From Mytilus edulis (taxonomy: Eukaryota), in the NCBI RefSeq assembly GCF_963676685.1, contig NC_092344.1:115196001-115260000 (forward strand): DNA of 64,000 nt. The letters run 5' to 3'. The position numbers and the translations under genes were made by a program. The notes beneath the pieces are model-generated. The model was not told where the DNA came from and searched no databases. It was given only the letters and a program-made list of their open reading frames with translations. Numbering within the stretch: the stretch's first letter is position 1; the number at the start of each line of letters is the position of its first letter. Below are positions 23,547 to 36,800 of the stretch, one piece after another.

Positions 23547-24090
23547 CTATAATGGCGTGCAACTTGTCTTGCAAGATAGAGAGTGTTTCTTCATTGGCAT
23601 GTTTACATCCACCATCGATGACTTGTTGTATTTCCTATGTTGTGTAGACTATATCAATTGTTATCCATGAATCATTGTTTTTGTATAAGTGAATCATATG
23701 TACTTTTATATCCAGGAATCTTTGTTTTTTTTTGTATAAGTGAATCACATGGTCAGAAAATTTATTTTTATGGATGTAATTATTACTTTTAAAATATTTA
23801 AAATTTGCTTTAGCTGTACAAAGCTGTCCAATTTAATTTATGTTTACATTTTTTTACAAGTCCTCATGATGAAAGATAGTTGATTTTAGAATCTTACTGT
23901 CAGTTTTGGTCATGTTGGTGCTAAGATTTTCAAACTTCATTTTCCTGATATGTTCTGTCCCACTGCATTTACCCCACTGCCCCATCTTTATTGTAAATTT
24001 AAAAAAAAGCAGAATGTTATTTTTTGTTTGAATTGAATTGGAGTAAACCAAAGCATTATCAAAATGTTAAAAAATGTTGTATGCTATGAA

Positions 24091-24101
24091 AATAAAATAA
24101 A
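24091..24101 (+). terminator. Likely polyadenylation signal of GPX4
   Basis: Tandem AATAAAATAAA ~670 nt after the stop codon. Confidence 0.5.
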
Positions 24102-24850
24102 ATGCATTATTTTACACAATGTTTATAAAATCTCAACATAAAAATTTGAAACAAATTTGTTGATTTCGTTTCATGCTTTTTGAGTGAGCTGGTTGTTCTC
24201 ATGAGAGAAGTCATTGTTCATCACCTGCCATTGAGAGGTTTAGCTAGCTGTAAAACCAGGTTTAATCCACCATATTCTACATAAGAAAATGTGCGTGCCA
24301 AGTCAGGAATATGACAGTTGTTATCCATTTGTTAGATGTGTGTGACCTTTGCTTTTGCCATTTGACTGCAAACTTTCGGTTATTCCTGGGAGTTCAGTAT
24401 TTTTGTTTTTTAATTTTTAATTTGTCATTTTCTTTTAATTTTTTTCCATTATTTTCATACAAGATCACAAACAAACATTATAGCTTGTTGTTTGGTGTAA
24501 GCCAAGGCTCTGTGTTGAAGGCCGTATATTGACCTATAAATGAGGCTATAATGGTTTACTTTTATAAATTCTTATTTGGATGGAGAGTTGTCTCATTGGC
24601 ACTGACACCACATCTTCCTATATCTATTTTTGGTTGATTAATTTGGTAATTTGTAAGACAGAATGGGTGGATACTCAAGTCAAGAGGTTATAATACCATA
24701 CTTTTTTAAAGATTTTAATGAATCAAACAAAACAAATCTAAACTTATACAAACATTTGAAAATAAAATAAAAGCAGATTTATATTTAGTGTTCATATGAA
24801 TTTTGCATATTTTAAAAACACAGCCTCTTATCCTCCTTCTCCCTTTGTAT

Positions 24851-27800
24851 TTACTTGTTTTTAGAGGGATATATTCTTATCAAGTTAGCTCGAATATTTC
24901 TGGTCTTGCATCTTGGCCTGTCCCTGTGTTCTTTTCTATATATTTCCTCACCCATTGTTTCTGTACTACTGTAGTGCACTGTGTTGCTGATTTCCTCATC
25001 ATCTGTGTTGTTATTGTTGGCATTCCAGTTGCCATTGTACGTACACTGAGCTTTCTGCTGGCCTGGATAAAATTGGTACCTGTTTATTGGGTTCTGTATT
25101 TGAGTTGGTGGTTGTTGGACAAATTGTTGTAAGTTGTACAGAAACGATTGTGGGTCACTGACATCCTGTATATTTTGGTACATTCCTGTTGGTTGAAGAT
25201 CAGGTTGAAAGTTTGTTCTTTGATTTACCAGCCCTGGTGGACGTACCAGTTGCTGATTAAATCCTGGTGGAGGTTGGATTTTTGTTGATGTGTTATGGTT
25301 GTTAGATAATTGTTGGTAGAGGTTTTGGTCATGCCATAGTTGTTGTTGCCTTGGTTGGTTCTGATCTGTCCATAATTGGCTTGTTGGATAATTTGTGGTG
25401 TAATGATCTGGTCTGTAACTTTGATGTGACCAGGAACTCTGATCCAGTGGTTTAGGCTGAATTCCTTGGAATTCATTATTCCTGGGATAAGGATTTGGCA
25501 AGATAGGGTTTTGTACACGTGTATAGATTGAATTCTGAAAGGAAAATAATAATTTATTATTTTGACAATATGTTAACACTTTCTTTTTAAACACATACAC
25601 ATGCTAGTTAAATTGACGCTCTCCTTGCAATCACTGAATTGTATGATTTCAAGAGAAAGAACAGCAATGTATGTTTATTTCATAGTATTTCTTAGAATTG
25701 TTGTCCAACTTCTGAAGCTGATATTGTAATACAAACTTGTAATTTACAAGATTAAAAAAGCAGCAAAGCTATGCCTCTAACTTCCCCTTTTCAAACACTC
25801 TGAACTTGGTCTTTTCAGTCTTAAAAAGAAAAATATTCTGTTAAAAACGGTGTGTTTTTTTTTCAATACATACTGTGTTGTTCTTTATATTCTGTTGACT
25901 GTTATAGTTGTCAATAATTGTAGGACCAAGAGAAGACGCCTTTGTTGTTTGGTTGAGTGTTTCAATCTTGTTTTCAGTGCCATCTAGCATGCCATTCATT
26001 CTGAAATATCAAATTACTGTATGGTCAGAATGATTTTAATTAAATGGTCTGTTATTGAGATGTGGGATAGTATACAATAAGACATCAAATTTACAAATAT
26101 CAAAGTGTATGTGAAAACTGAAGGGTACAGATTACTTTCTTTTTGCAAGGTTTACTTGGAATTAAACGTTGCTTTTTAGGATATAAAGAATGTTCTCACT
26201 GCAATATGTTGTTTGGGCTCTTTAAAAGTAGAGCTTCCATAGACGTAATATTTAAAAGATGAAATCACCAAGATACAATTACATTCAACATCTGCCTGCC
26301 TGACAAATCTTCTGTCAAACCAGCATATACGGTACGAGAGTTAAACGAAATACTTAACTTACCCCCCCCCCCCCCCCCCCCCTGTTTTGATTTCTTGTCA
26401 TACTCAATGAACATACTACAACAAGAACATGATACATGTTACCGAGGGCAACATAATTTCTAGCGAAAACTGTCTTGTAATCAGCTATATTTCTTAAAGA
26501 GTTAGTATATTATTTAAAAATCATCTGATATCGTGCTCGAAACCAGTTATCAATGTTAGTAGAAAAATGCTTTGATAAAATATACGCAAATTCTGCAACT
26601 ATAAACTGACTGGCAACTTAAATGAAGTTAATATCAAAGGTAGGGCTCATTCCAAACATGAAAGACTGGTATGTAATATAAGACTTGTCTTCCATGTCGG
26701 AATTAATTTCCAAACACCTGTGAGTGACCAATAAACAGATTGGACATATTGTTTTACCATAAAACACACCTTTGTGTTTCTGCATCCTCTAAATTTGATC
26801 CTATGCTGACATTTGGTGTTTGGTTGCTATCTTTCTTAAACAAACCAGCCCAACTGTTAGTCAATCTGTAAACATTAAACTAGCAGCTTTATTTGCCGAC
26901 AAGACACAACTTACACATGTATGTATACATTCAAAGACAAACACCATTTGTATATTGTACGACTAACACCGTTCCTATATATTGTATGGCAAACACATTT
27001 TTAAAATGTATAACACACTTTCTATGTGGAAATTTTAAGAAATCCGACGTGAAAATATTGAATTTAGACGCCCATCTCGGTATTCTATCTGCCAGTACCA
27101 CACTTCTCTTCATACATTTGTTTATCACGTTGGCTTTGTAACGTAAAATAAGTTGATCGAACAAGAAGCATGATTTATGGTACGAGTGTACAAATATGTA
27201 CATTGCATTTTTAAAAAAGTTAAAGCTTATGTAAAAAAAGGAACACATAAAAATAAGTATCGACCTTGAAAAAACTTACTCTCTCTGATCCTGAACAATT
27301 GGTTTGTCTGTTTTTGGATGTTCATAAATAGTGTCTTTTATACCAAATCTGGATGGTAGATTTGTTCTTTTTTTATCCCCATTATGTTCTGCATTGCTTT
27401 GACTTTTATTTTTATCTTCGGTTGGTACACAACCTTCAAATTTCCCAGGCATTCCCGTGTCTGCATATGCTACATTTCTTGTAAAACTGTCGGAATCTTT
27501 CTTCTGTCTCATTGTAAGTCTAGTTTTTGTAGTCTTTGGTCTACATTGCTGGTTAGTCTCATCAGTAGAAGCGAGGTCAGATTTATTCACAACATTACTA
27601 TTGGTAGGGGGCTTTGGTTTCTCTGTGTTTTCAGACCATATCGACTTGACAGCGTTAGAGGAAATCCTTTCATACAACCTTTTGCATTCTATACTTCTGT
27701 CCGCCCAGTCTCCGGACCCGGGAGAATCACTCAATCCACGAACATAAGCCCTATATCCGTTCAAGTATTTGTCCATTAGCTGACTAGGTTGGTCTAATGC

Positions 27801-28928
27801 AAGGAAGACATTCTCTGTCAATTCTGCTTTGTATTTCTCATCTTTAACATCTGGTTGATGAACATGCTCCCCGAGTCCATGAAAGGTCCTGAAAACATAA
27901 TGTCTTAATGGGCATTGACGATTGAAGGTTTGTGATCATTTTTTTTTTAAATATATTCTATAGTGTTTTGTGAAGAGTCGCAGTAACTTGATTTTGCATA
28001 CATTTACACAGAAAATTGAGACTTTCTTTGCATTCAAATTTTTTGGTGTTTTAAAGGGTGTTTCAAGAAATGTTGTTGTAAATGTTACAAGTACATCTGG
28101 GAACAGAAAATCTAACTATATTTATATAAGTACGTCTGAGCCAGTGACAACTCTACAACAGATTTATCCATCGGATCAACAGCAATGATGGTGATACATG
28201 GCTGTGTACATTATGTGTGTACATTATGTATATAGGGAAGAACCCAAAATTTGCAAAAGCAAATTTACAGATCTAACATTGTTGGGTTGATGTTTAGACG
28301 AGTTGTATAACTATATATATATATATGTGTTCCTGGGTACATGAATGAAATGATATACGTATGAAAGGTGAACTCGTGCAATTTTATAAAATTGTGCATG
28401 CACACAGAGCAGGAATAAGAAACTGCACATGAATACCGAAACTGATTATATACATGTATATATGATTATTACGGCCATACTTTAGACTTCCTCAGATATA
28501 GATATTTTAATAACTGGAAAATAGTTCTAAAATGTATGAATTACCCATCCATATCGTTAAAAAGTATAGCCATCTGACTTCAAATTAACATTTTTCGAAG
28601 TCCTATTGTACAAATGTCCAATTTTGAAAAAAAATGATGCTACTGAAATTTCCGTTTTTGTTTTGTTTTGTAGGGAGTCCCTGAACTAGTTTTTTTTTTG
28701 TATGCATACGTTAAATCTGCTGTACAGCGAAAGAACATTTTTATTTGCAATCGTATACATTTATACTTCAATTTTTTTAATGTTCAATTCTCTTTATCTT
28801 CGAAAGTATAAAATATTTCCAGAAATGCTAACTTACAGCCGTGGGTCAAACGGATTGTTATAAGTTAACATATCGTCCTTTCTTCCGCAGCCGACTGTAC
28901 GTTGATCTTCATAGTAAGCGCTAAATAC
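24851..28928 (-). CDS. Uncharacterised gene with Q/N/P-rich low-complexity C-terminus. Exons 28928-28837 (probable), 27888-27280, 26000-25874, 25534-24851; further upstream exon probably 33907-33841
   Basis: Canonical AG/GT sites with matching phases give one open frame (…DPRLTFHGLGEHVHQP…QDQREMNGM…KNNTNSIYTRVQNP…); 5' end uncertain. Confidence 0.75.
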
Positions 28929-29768
28929 CTAGACAGATAAAAACACATTTAAGTTATTTGGTACTAGAAATTTAATTAAAATATAAAAATAAGATCAGGC
29001 GTTAATACGAAAATATTCAAATTTATATCTTGATCTTATATATTGTATGCTCAGATCGTAGGGTGCTTTTTATGACATTGGAAAGTCCAAAGAGCGAATT
29101 TGATGAATATGACTGAACAAAAAACCGTCAAGAGTTACACACATATTTAGGTGGTTAGAAACTTATTTTGTAGTTTTTACTTTATGTCTCTGATGCAGAG
29201 TTGTCTCATGATTTGGCAATCGTCAGACCACAGACTTCAGATGTAAATGTCCAATGATGTACTCTTTGACTTAACTGCAGATCCTATCTCTAAAACACAC
29301 TAAACATGTCTATGGGTGAAGTTTGTAAGTAGACGAGACAATTTTAATATAATTCTAATTCATAACATTTAACAATCGACTGCTGTGGTCGATTTGTTGT
29401 GGACCTTAAAAGAATCATCAACAGTTTACAATTTTCAAATCTCAAAAATCCATTTTGAATTACAGATCAAATAAACAGAATAGTATTAAATCCAAACGGA
29501 GTGGGAATGGGTCATCGACGGGTTGAGCGTCTACTGATATGCAGGTCTAACCGTCCTACTCACCATGAATGACATGAATATCCAGACTCGTATAGTTTTT
29601 ATAGCTTATTATGCAGTTTGGGTTTTGCTCATTGTTAAAGGCCGTACGATGACATATAGTTTTTAACCTCGTAGTAATTAGTCTCTTGTGGGGAGTTGTC
29701 TTATTGGCAATCATACTACTATTTCATCAGGAATGGTAGTGAATACTTCAATGATATGTCAGCCCAAC

Positions 29769-32700
29769 TAGGCGAGTGTAATATTTGAAAAAAGACGTCT
29801 AGTTAAGGACTTTAATGCACCCACCTAACACACGGCTAATTTCTTTTTTAAATGAAAGAATAATGATTTAACTTTGATTTTTGCCCGGTCGTCACAAAAT
29901 CGTACGGTGCAGTTTTTGTAAAATTGACGTTTATTTCAGAAATTAGTTGAAAATTGTAAAAATACGACATGTTTTTCAAGCAAAAGAAATTAGTCGTATC
30001 TCTTCTTTTAAGACAGAATAATTAAGTGAATTAGATTCTTAAAATAATGAAAAACAATATTTACAACTATAACTCCGCATGCTTTTGCATTCCTTTTAAA
30101 TATTTGACATTTTGAACGAAAATTTTCATAATCCTGACCTTTTCGGATCTACAAGTAAATTTTTTATTAAATTCTTTTGCACTCGATCCGTTTTAAAACA
30201 CACCAAATCACTCATCAGTTATCGTTTTTTCATTCAAGATCAAGACTTTATCTCAACATTTCTTAAAATCACGAATTTCTGTAATTTTATGATGTTGGGT
30301 AGCATCACTATAATTTCCGGAATCCCTTATCTATTTCGTTATCGTTTTTTTACTGAATATATTAGTCGATTTCCGTATACTTAATAGTGCTATTAGAGTA
30401 CGATAAATCATATTTAAACGGTTATATTTCTATCTTGAATTTCAGTGGAGCTTAAATAGATATAAAATCGTCCGAAAATAAGATCAAATCAAAGTAAAAC
30501 ATAGTTTTTGAGTTCTGTAGAATTCACCCATTTCTAAATAAGGAATCGTATCGGAAAATTGTAGAAAATCTTCCGAGTCGTGTCAAATTTTCACAGTCCA
30601 GTTCACAATGAAACCCTTCCTATGCTAAAGAGCAAAAACTATCCATTGATTGACAACAGATGCATAGTCTGTCATGTATTTATTACATAGAAACTATGTA
30701 GTTAAATACTTAAATGAAGATACAGTTGTATTGCCGCAGTGGGAAAACGAAAAGATGAAGTTTACAGACTGGTCGATGAATATGAAAAAAATGAAAACAT
30801 CCCATTTGAAAATACAAAATATCATAAGAGTTGCTATGAATATTTCAAAAGTAAGTACAACCTATCAGCTTCTGTTTTTTCTGTACAACGACTTTGTACT
30901 ACATGTACCAATTCTACCGACCAGTCTCTTCTCATATGTCAACGAGGGCAGTAGATCTACAACTCATTCTGATTTGTCTGTTTGTATATTTTGCAAATGT
31001 ATAAAGCCTATAAGCAAGTTACACAACTTCATAAGGTATCATCTGAGTAGCAAACTCAAGCTGTATTGAGTGTTAATACATATATCTCCTACTATATATA
31101 TAAAAAGAAGATGTGGTATGATTGCCAATGAGACAACTATCCACAAAAGACCAAAATGACACAAACATTAACAACTATAGGTCACCGTACGGCCTTCAAC
31201 AATGAGAAAAGCCAACACCGCATAGTCAGCTATAAAAGGTCCCGATAAGACAATGTAAAACAATTCAAACGAGAAAACTAACGGCCTTATTTATGTAAAA
31301 AAAATGAACGAAAAACAAATATGTAACACATAAACAAACGACAACCACTGAATTACAGGCTCCTGACTTGGGACAGGCACATACATAAATAATGTGGCGG
31401 GTTTAACATGTTTACGGGATCCAAACCCTCCCCTTAACCTGGGACAGTGGTATAACAGTACAACATAAGAACGAACTATAACAATCAGTTGAAAAAGGCT
31501 TAACTCATCAGATGGACAAAAATATCAGTGGACGTAATGATCTGATTTACAAAATAACTCATGATAATTTTACTATTAAATCTGTATACCATCGGAGCTT
31601 GCATCGCTAAATATTAGCTACAAAATTTGAAGTGAGAAAGTAAAGAGCTATTTTATTCTGAACATAAAACAGCTTTTACTAACATTTCGACGATTAAAGA
31701 TGACGTGCCTGTACACAAGGAAGTATTCTGGTTAACAACTTTAATTACTTAATTTATGCCGAGGATCGCCGCCGAGAAAACTAAATAACATATTATCAGC
31801 TTCAACAAATACTAAAAATATATGGTCAATTTATAGTTACAATGTACATGTATACAGCCTCAACAAGGCCAAGGTACATCCAATATTGTATACAGTAGCT
31901 CTATAATTTTGTCTTATTCTTTTTAACTCCTTTTCATTTAGATTTATCATAACAAATGCACCGTATTTGTGGACACACCTTTGATAACTATTAACAAGTT
32001 TGACTGATCAACAGATAAGAAAAATTGAAAATGGGTCATACATTCTACATGGCATTATTTTTCTTCTGGAGTCAAAATTTTATCCAAGACAATGTCAATC
32101 TAACTACAGAAACAATAAAAGTTCTCTGCATGACTTTGGTTGGTTAAAAGGCAATGTCGGTCCGGTATGATGTTATTCAACTTTCTACAAGATTTGATCT
32201 GTTCACGCAGGGGAGGGTTGAGATTGCAAAAACATGTTTAACCCCGCCGCAATTTTGCGCCTGTCCCAAGTCAGGAGCCCCTGGCCTTTTTTATTTTTGT
32301 ATGATTTTTTGTTTTAATTTCTAGAGTATATTTCAAAGCTTAGTATGACGCCCATAATCATTTCAAACTAGTATATTTTTATTTAGGGGCCAGCTGAAGA
32401 ACGCCTCCGGGTTTGGGAGTTTCTTGCTGCATTGATGACCCATTGGTGAACGGGTTGGCGTCTCTTTGACAAATCCCTCATGTCCATTTCCAATTTTTAA
32501 TTCAATCTGTATATAGTAGATCTTGTGTCCGCTTTCAGCAAAACCTCTGCTGTACTGGTATATGCCCATGCCAAGGAAGTTGTCTTCGTATGGATATTTT
32601 GACCGATAAGAATGATGAGATTACAAGTTAAAATGAAGCTATAATATTCCGATATCTCAATATTCCGACACCTAAATGGTCCTACATCCCATTGGTCCGA

Positions 32701-33801
32701 CGTTTCGATCATTTAGGTTATGCGCTAACGGGATTTTAACATAAGAAAGCCAAATAAAAGGTTCAATATTAGGATAACCTTGTCCTCCGTTTGAAGCGGT
32801 GAAACAAGATATAAAAAAGTAAAACGTAGTGCCAAAGTAGCCCGAAGGTCATCACTAGCGTAATTTAAAATAAGTACAAACTCCTTTGTCAAGTGTTGTT
32901 TGATTAATAAGATATCTCAAGATACTCGGCGGCCGACTAGAGTAAAATCAAACACAGTTTAACGTACAATGAGTGGTCATATTTCCCTTGTGATGTTTTA
33001 TATTAAAATTGTCAATTTGTTGATATAAATATACTAGTAGCACTTTACTCATTTCAGTAATGTTAGTTAGTACTCTTGTCATATCTGATTTAGTGATGTG
33101 AATGAAATTGCGGTATGATCCAGACTCAACATATTGCACTACAATAATAATTAAAAAAAATCCGCCCTATGGTTGTCTGATCTTGAAGCGGTTGGTAGGC
33201 TTTCAAACTAACAGGAGACCATACGCTTCCGCAATTTTAATGTACAGCTCATCATGGGACTTTCTAAACAATTAAAAATACGTCATATGTTATATTTTCC
33301 CCTTGCTTCAAATATTTTGTTTCGAATTATTTATCTCAAATTTTCAGATATATGTTTGTAATTACGTGCAATCAAATGATATGGAGGTATTATAAGATCT
33401 AGATAATGCAAGGGCGACTACAGATACATTTGTGTGACTTAATGGTTGATTTTCAAAGACTCCGAGAGAAAACGTTACGTAACATGCGTTACCGTTAAAA
33501 TCAACCAAAATTAATTAATACTATGATAGAAATATATTTTCCCAACAGTAATACAGCATTCTTATAAAATTGTTTCATTTTTGTATTTGTTTTGACTCGA
33601 TTTTTCTACTGGAAGTATCCGTGAATTGAAATTGCACCCATGACCTTTGACCTCGATTTAAAAAAAAATGCACCATAATTTCTTTTGACGACCGGGATAT
33701 TTAGAAAGTACACATTCTTAGCTTTCCAGTGATATATAATTTAGTCGTGTGTTAGGTAGGTGCATTAAAAATGTGAATTTGGCTCTCATATCACTCGCCT
33801 A
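29769..33801 (+). mobile_element. Degenerate Academ DNA transposon
   Basis: TIRs TAGGCGAGTG...TTTAATGCACCCACCTAACACACGGCTAA and TTAGTCGTGTGTTAGGTAGGTGCATTAAA...CACTCGCCTA; 3-bp TSD AAC; broken ORF with KYHKSCY motif at ~30740-30960. Confidence 0.75.
31100..31535 (+). repeat. Abundant dispersed repeat (related pieces at 24230-24630, 29600-29720, 32210-32500, 36565-36710, 46715-46765, 55785-55985)
   Basis: Shared AAGATGTGGTATGATTGCCAATGAGACAACT and CTCCTGACTTGGGACAGGC blocks. Confidence 0.7.
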
Positions 33802-36800
33802 AACGACACACATAACTAATAGGTAACTACTTATACTGACCTGATTTTCATTTTCGCCGGTTTCTGGGTAGGTCGATTGCAGTGATGTTTCAATTTCGGT
33901 AAGAATCCTAAATAATATAATATCTGTAGAGCAAATACGAAAATAAATGTGCACGCATAAAGGAGATTTGTTCGGTGGATCATCAGTTTTCTAATCTATA
34001 GATTATAAAAATATATTGCTTATATATTTTCATCAAAATGTTCATTTTCATAATCATGCCATGCAGTCTAGTTTGTGATCATACGATTAAACCTGTTTTA
34101 TTGTACGGTAGTTAAGTTTGGATACTGTGTGCCACTTTTCTGCAACTCAGACACACAAAAGAAGAGTATATTCTATCGAAATGTCTTCTGAAAATTTTAT
34201 TCTTGGAATAATAATAAATCATTTTCGTGTAATACGTCGCTGGTGTTGATTCTTCCATATATCTTATCCATGTTAGTTAGACGAAACTGGAAAAATCGTG
34301 TTGGGTATTATCAAAATTTATTTTTTCGGACACAATATTGCCAGATACAAGATATCTGATGTAATAAGAAGTAAACAAATCTAAGTGAATGTTGAAGTCG
34401 TTATGAAAATTACGGAAAGACGATTTAAAAATATATACGAATATTTCATGAATTTCCAAGTGATTTTTTTTCACCTGCTGTATATGGTATATATGCCAGA
34501 AAAGGCCAATGACTGTTTTTTTTTATAGAGAATTCTATTCTATTATATGTTCTTTTCTGTGAATCTAATAAAGGTGTTCCGAGATTTGTTAATACGTATA
34601 GAAGAAGAAGTAGTGGAAGATCAACTGTCATTATTGAGTCTCGTTACATATTTTCTGTGCGGATTGCAAAAATGCACTAAAACTTTTTCAATTTGATACA
34701 CATTATTTCCAGCATCTTGTTAGGCAAAGGTAATTTCCTCAAATATCCTCAACATCCTATTTTGTTCAAGGTTATTTTTTCCATTATTACCAGGCCAAAC
34801 TATTCATTCACAAATTCCTCAAGAACAAGATCATTTTTCAATTATTACCAGGCCAAACTATTCATTCACAAATTCCTCAAGACCAAGGTCTTCGGTTCAT
34901 AAAAGTCAACTATGGCCAATAAGTAAGTTCTCAAATGCGTTTAAGTTTAACAAAAGAGCGGTTAACATTTAAGTAAGACATGTGTTTGCTTTGTGTTTTT
35001 GTATAACTTACGAATCGATGGAATCTTCGTCGTCCTTGTCCATATTTGACCGGACCTTGTTTTCATCTTATTGATAAAAGAGTGACGTCAACGTTGCTAA
35101 AGGAAAGTTCCTCAAAATAGTTGATGCCTTTAACCGCCATCATATTTTATCCATCCGGTCTACCAAAACTAAACTGACAAACCGTATATATGAGAATTCA
35201 ACTGCACAGTGATGACGACCGCTTTTTTTAAATAAAAGAAACCCCTGAAGAGTTTGCAACATACTCATTGGATTGATTAGTTATCTATGATATTATCATA
35301 TGCTAAGGTCCATTTTTTTTTTACAACTTAACAACACGTTTTCAATATTCACAAAAATAGTATAAACGAAAAATAGATGTGGTCTAATCTTAATTGGTAA
35401 ATGTATAGCATACAGCTTTTACCAAAGGACAAATTATCACATAAACATACATGTAGAATAACTGTAAGACGCCTCACGGTTTAATTTCTGTCGGTGTATC
35501 GAATAAATTAGAGAATGCATAGAAATAAAGTCAAAATTATGGTCTCCTTTTAAAATCAAGCCTATATAGAAATTAATCATGAGCCAGTCTAGATATCCAT
35601 CCTGTTTCTTATTGGGTGGTGAAAGATATGTTTATTGGTCCCAACTTATAGAGTTAAAGGAAAATATTTATTTTTCTATGCTGTTAAACCTTGTTCAACC
35701 ATTAAAAGAAGCAGATTTTAAGGGATTAAATTCCAAACATCTTATATCTTTTTAGCCAACTGTGTGTCGTTCGTTGTTTTTTTAAACGCTTATTTTTTGT
35801 GAGGGCCAGAGTGTGTTGGCGGTTGACGTGGTACAATCAATTAATCTTAGATATTCCTGATATCCATAAATTTATATTTTTGAGTTTTTGCGCTGATAGT
35901 CTAAAAGTGGTGACGGTTGTGATGCTGATAGCATCTTCCCTCTTTCCTCATCTCATGTTCTTCTTTGGTATATGTTTTATTTGATTTATATTTTCAACCA
36001 CAGCGCCCGGACACCGGCTTATTGGTGCCGATTTTTTGTTTAAGACAGAAAATTATAAAAAGAAATTGTGTTAGAATAACACGATTTGTTGCAATTGCCA
36101 GTCAGACAACTCCTCACTAGAGACCAACGACAGATCGATATCTTAAACTGCCTGTAGTCTGTAGAGATATCTGTAAACTGTGTAATTTAAAAGTTGAAGA
36201 TAAATGAATTTCATTTTATTATTACATGTACCAAACTTAAAAAGCAAATGGAAGAACTATTTAAAAACATTATTTCTGTTATACCTTCCTTTCTGATTTT
36301 TCTGAAATTAAGAAATTTAAATTTATAGTTGAAGCAGTAATGTAAGGAAGCGTATTAGCGCCACACATTTTTTTTTAAAATTTTTCTTCCTATGTTTGCA
36401 TTATAACGCAAACCTTTGCGAAATTACGCAAAATTTTGCGTTAAACGCAAAAGGAAACAGCAGTTATTAATGGAGGAGGCTGTATGTATTAAAATTTATC
36501 ACTTTAAAGTAAAATGCTTGAATAATTAGAACATATCATTGACTAATAATGAGCAGAATAATATAAGAAGATGTGGTACGAGTGCCAATAAGAAAACTCT
36601 CCATCTAAGTCACTATTCGTTAAAATATACCATCATAGGCCAATGCAAAATACGGTTTCTAACTAGGAGCATTGGCTCACACCGAACAGTAAACTATAAA
36701 GGCCCCCCAAAACAATATCCATGTTTCTACTAGTATATACATTACAAAGAAAATTGAGTTAATTGAGGTTATACCGAAGAAAAAAAATAAATACTGCTAA

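Noticed and set aside
26361-26382. Poly-C tracts (also 40775-40794) as regulatory G4 elements
   Set aside because: Simple intronic homopolymers with no supporting context
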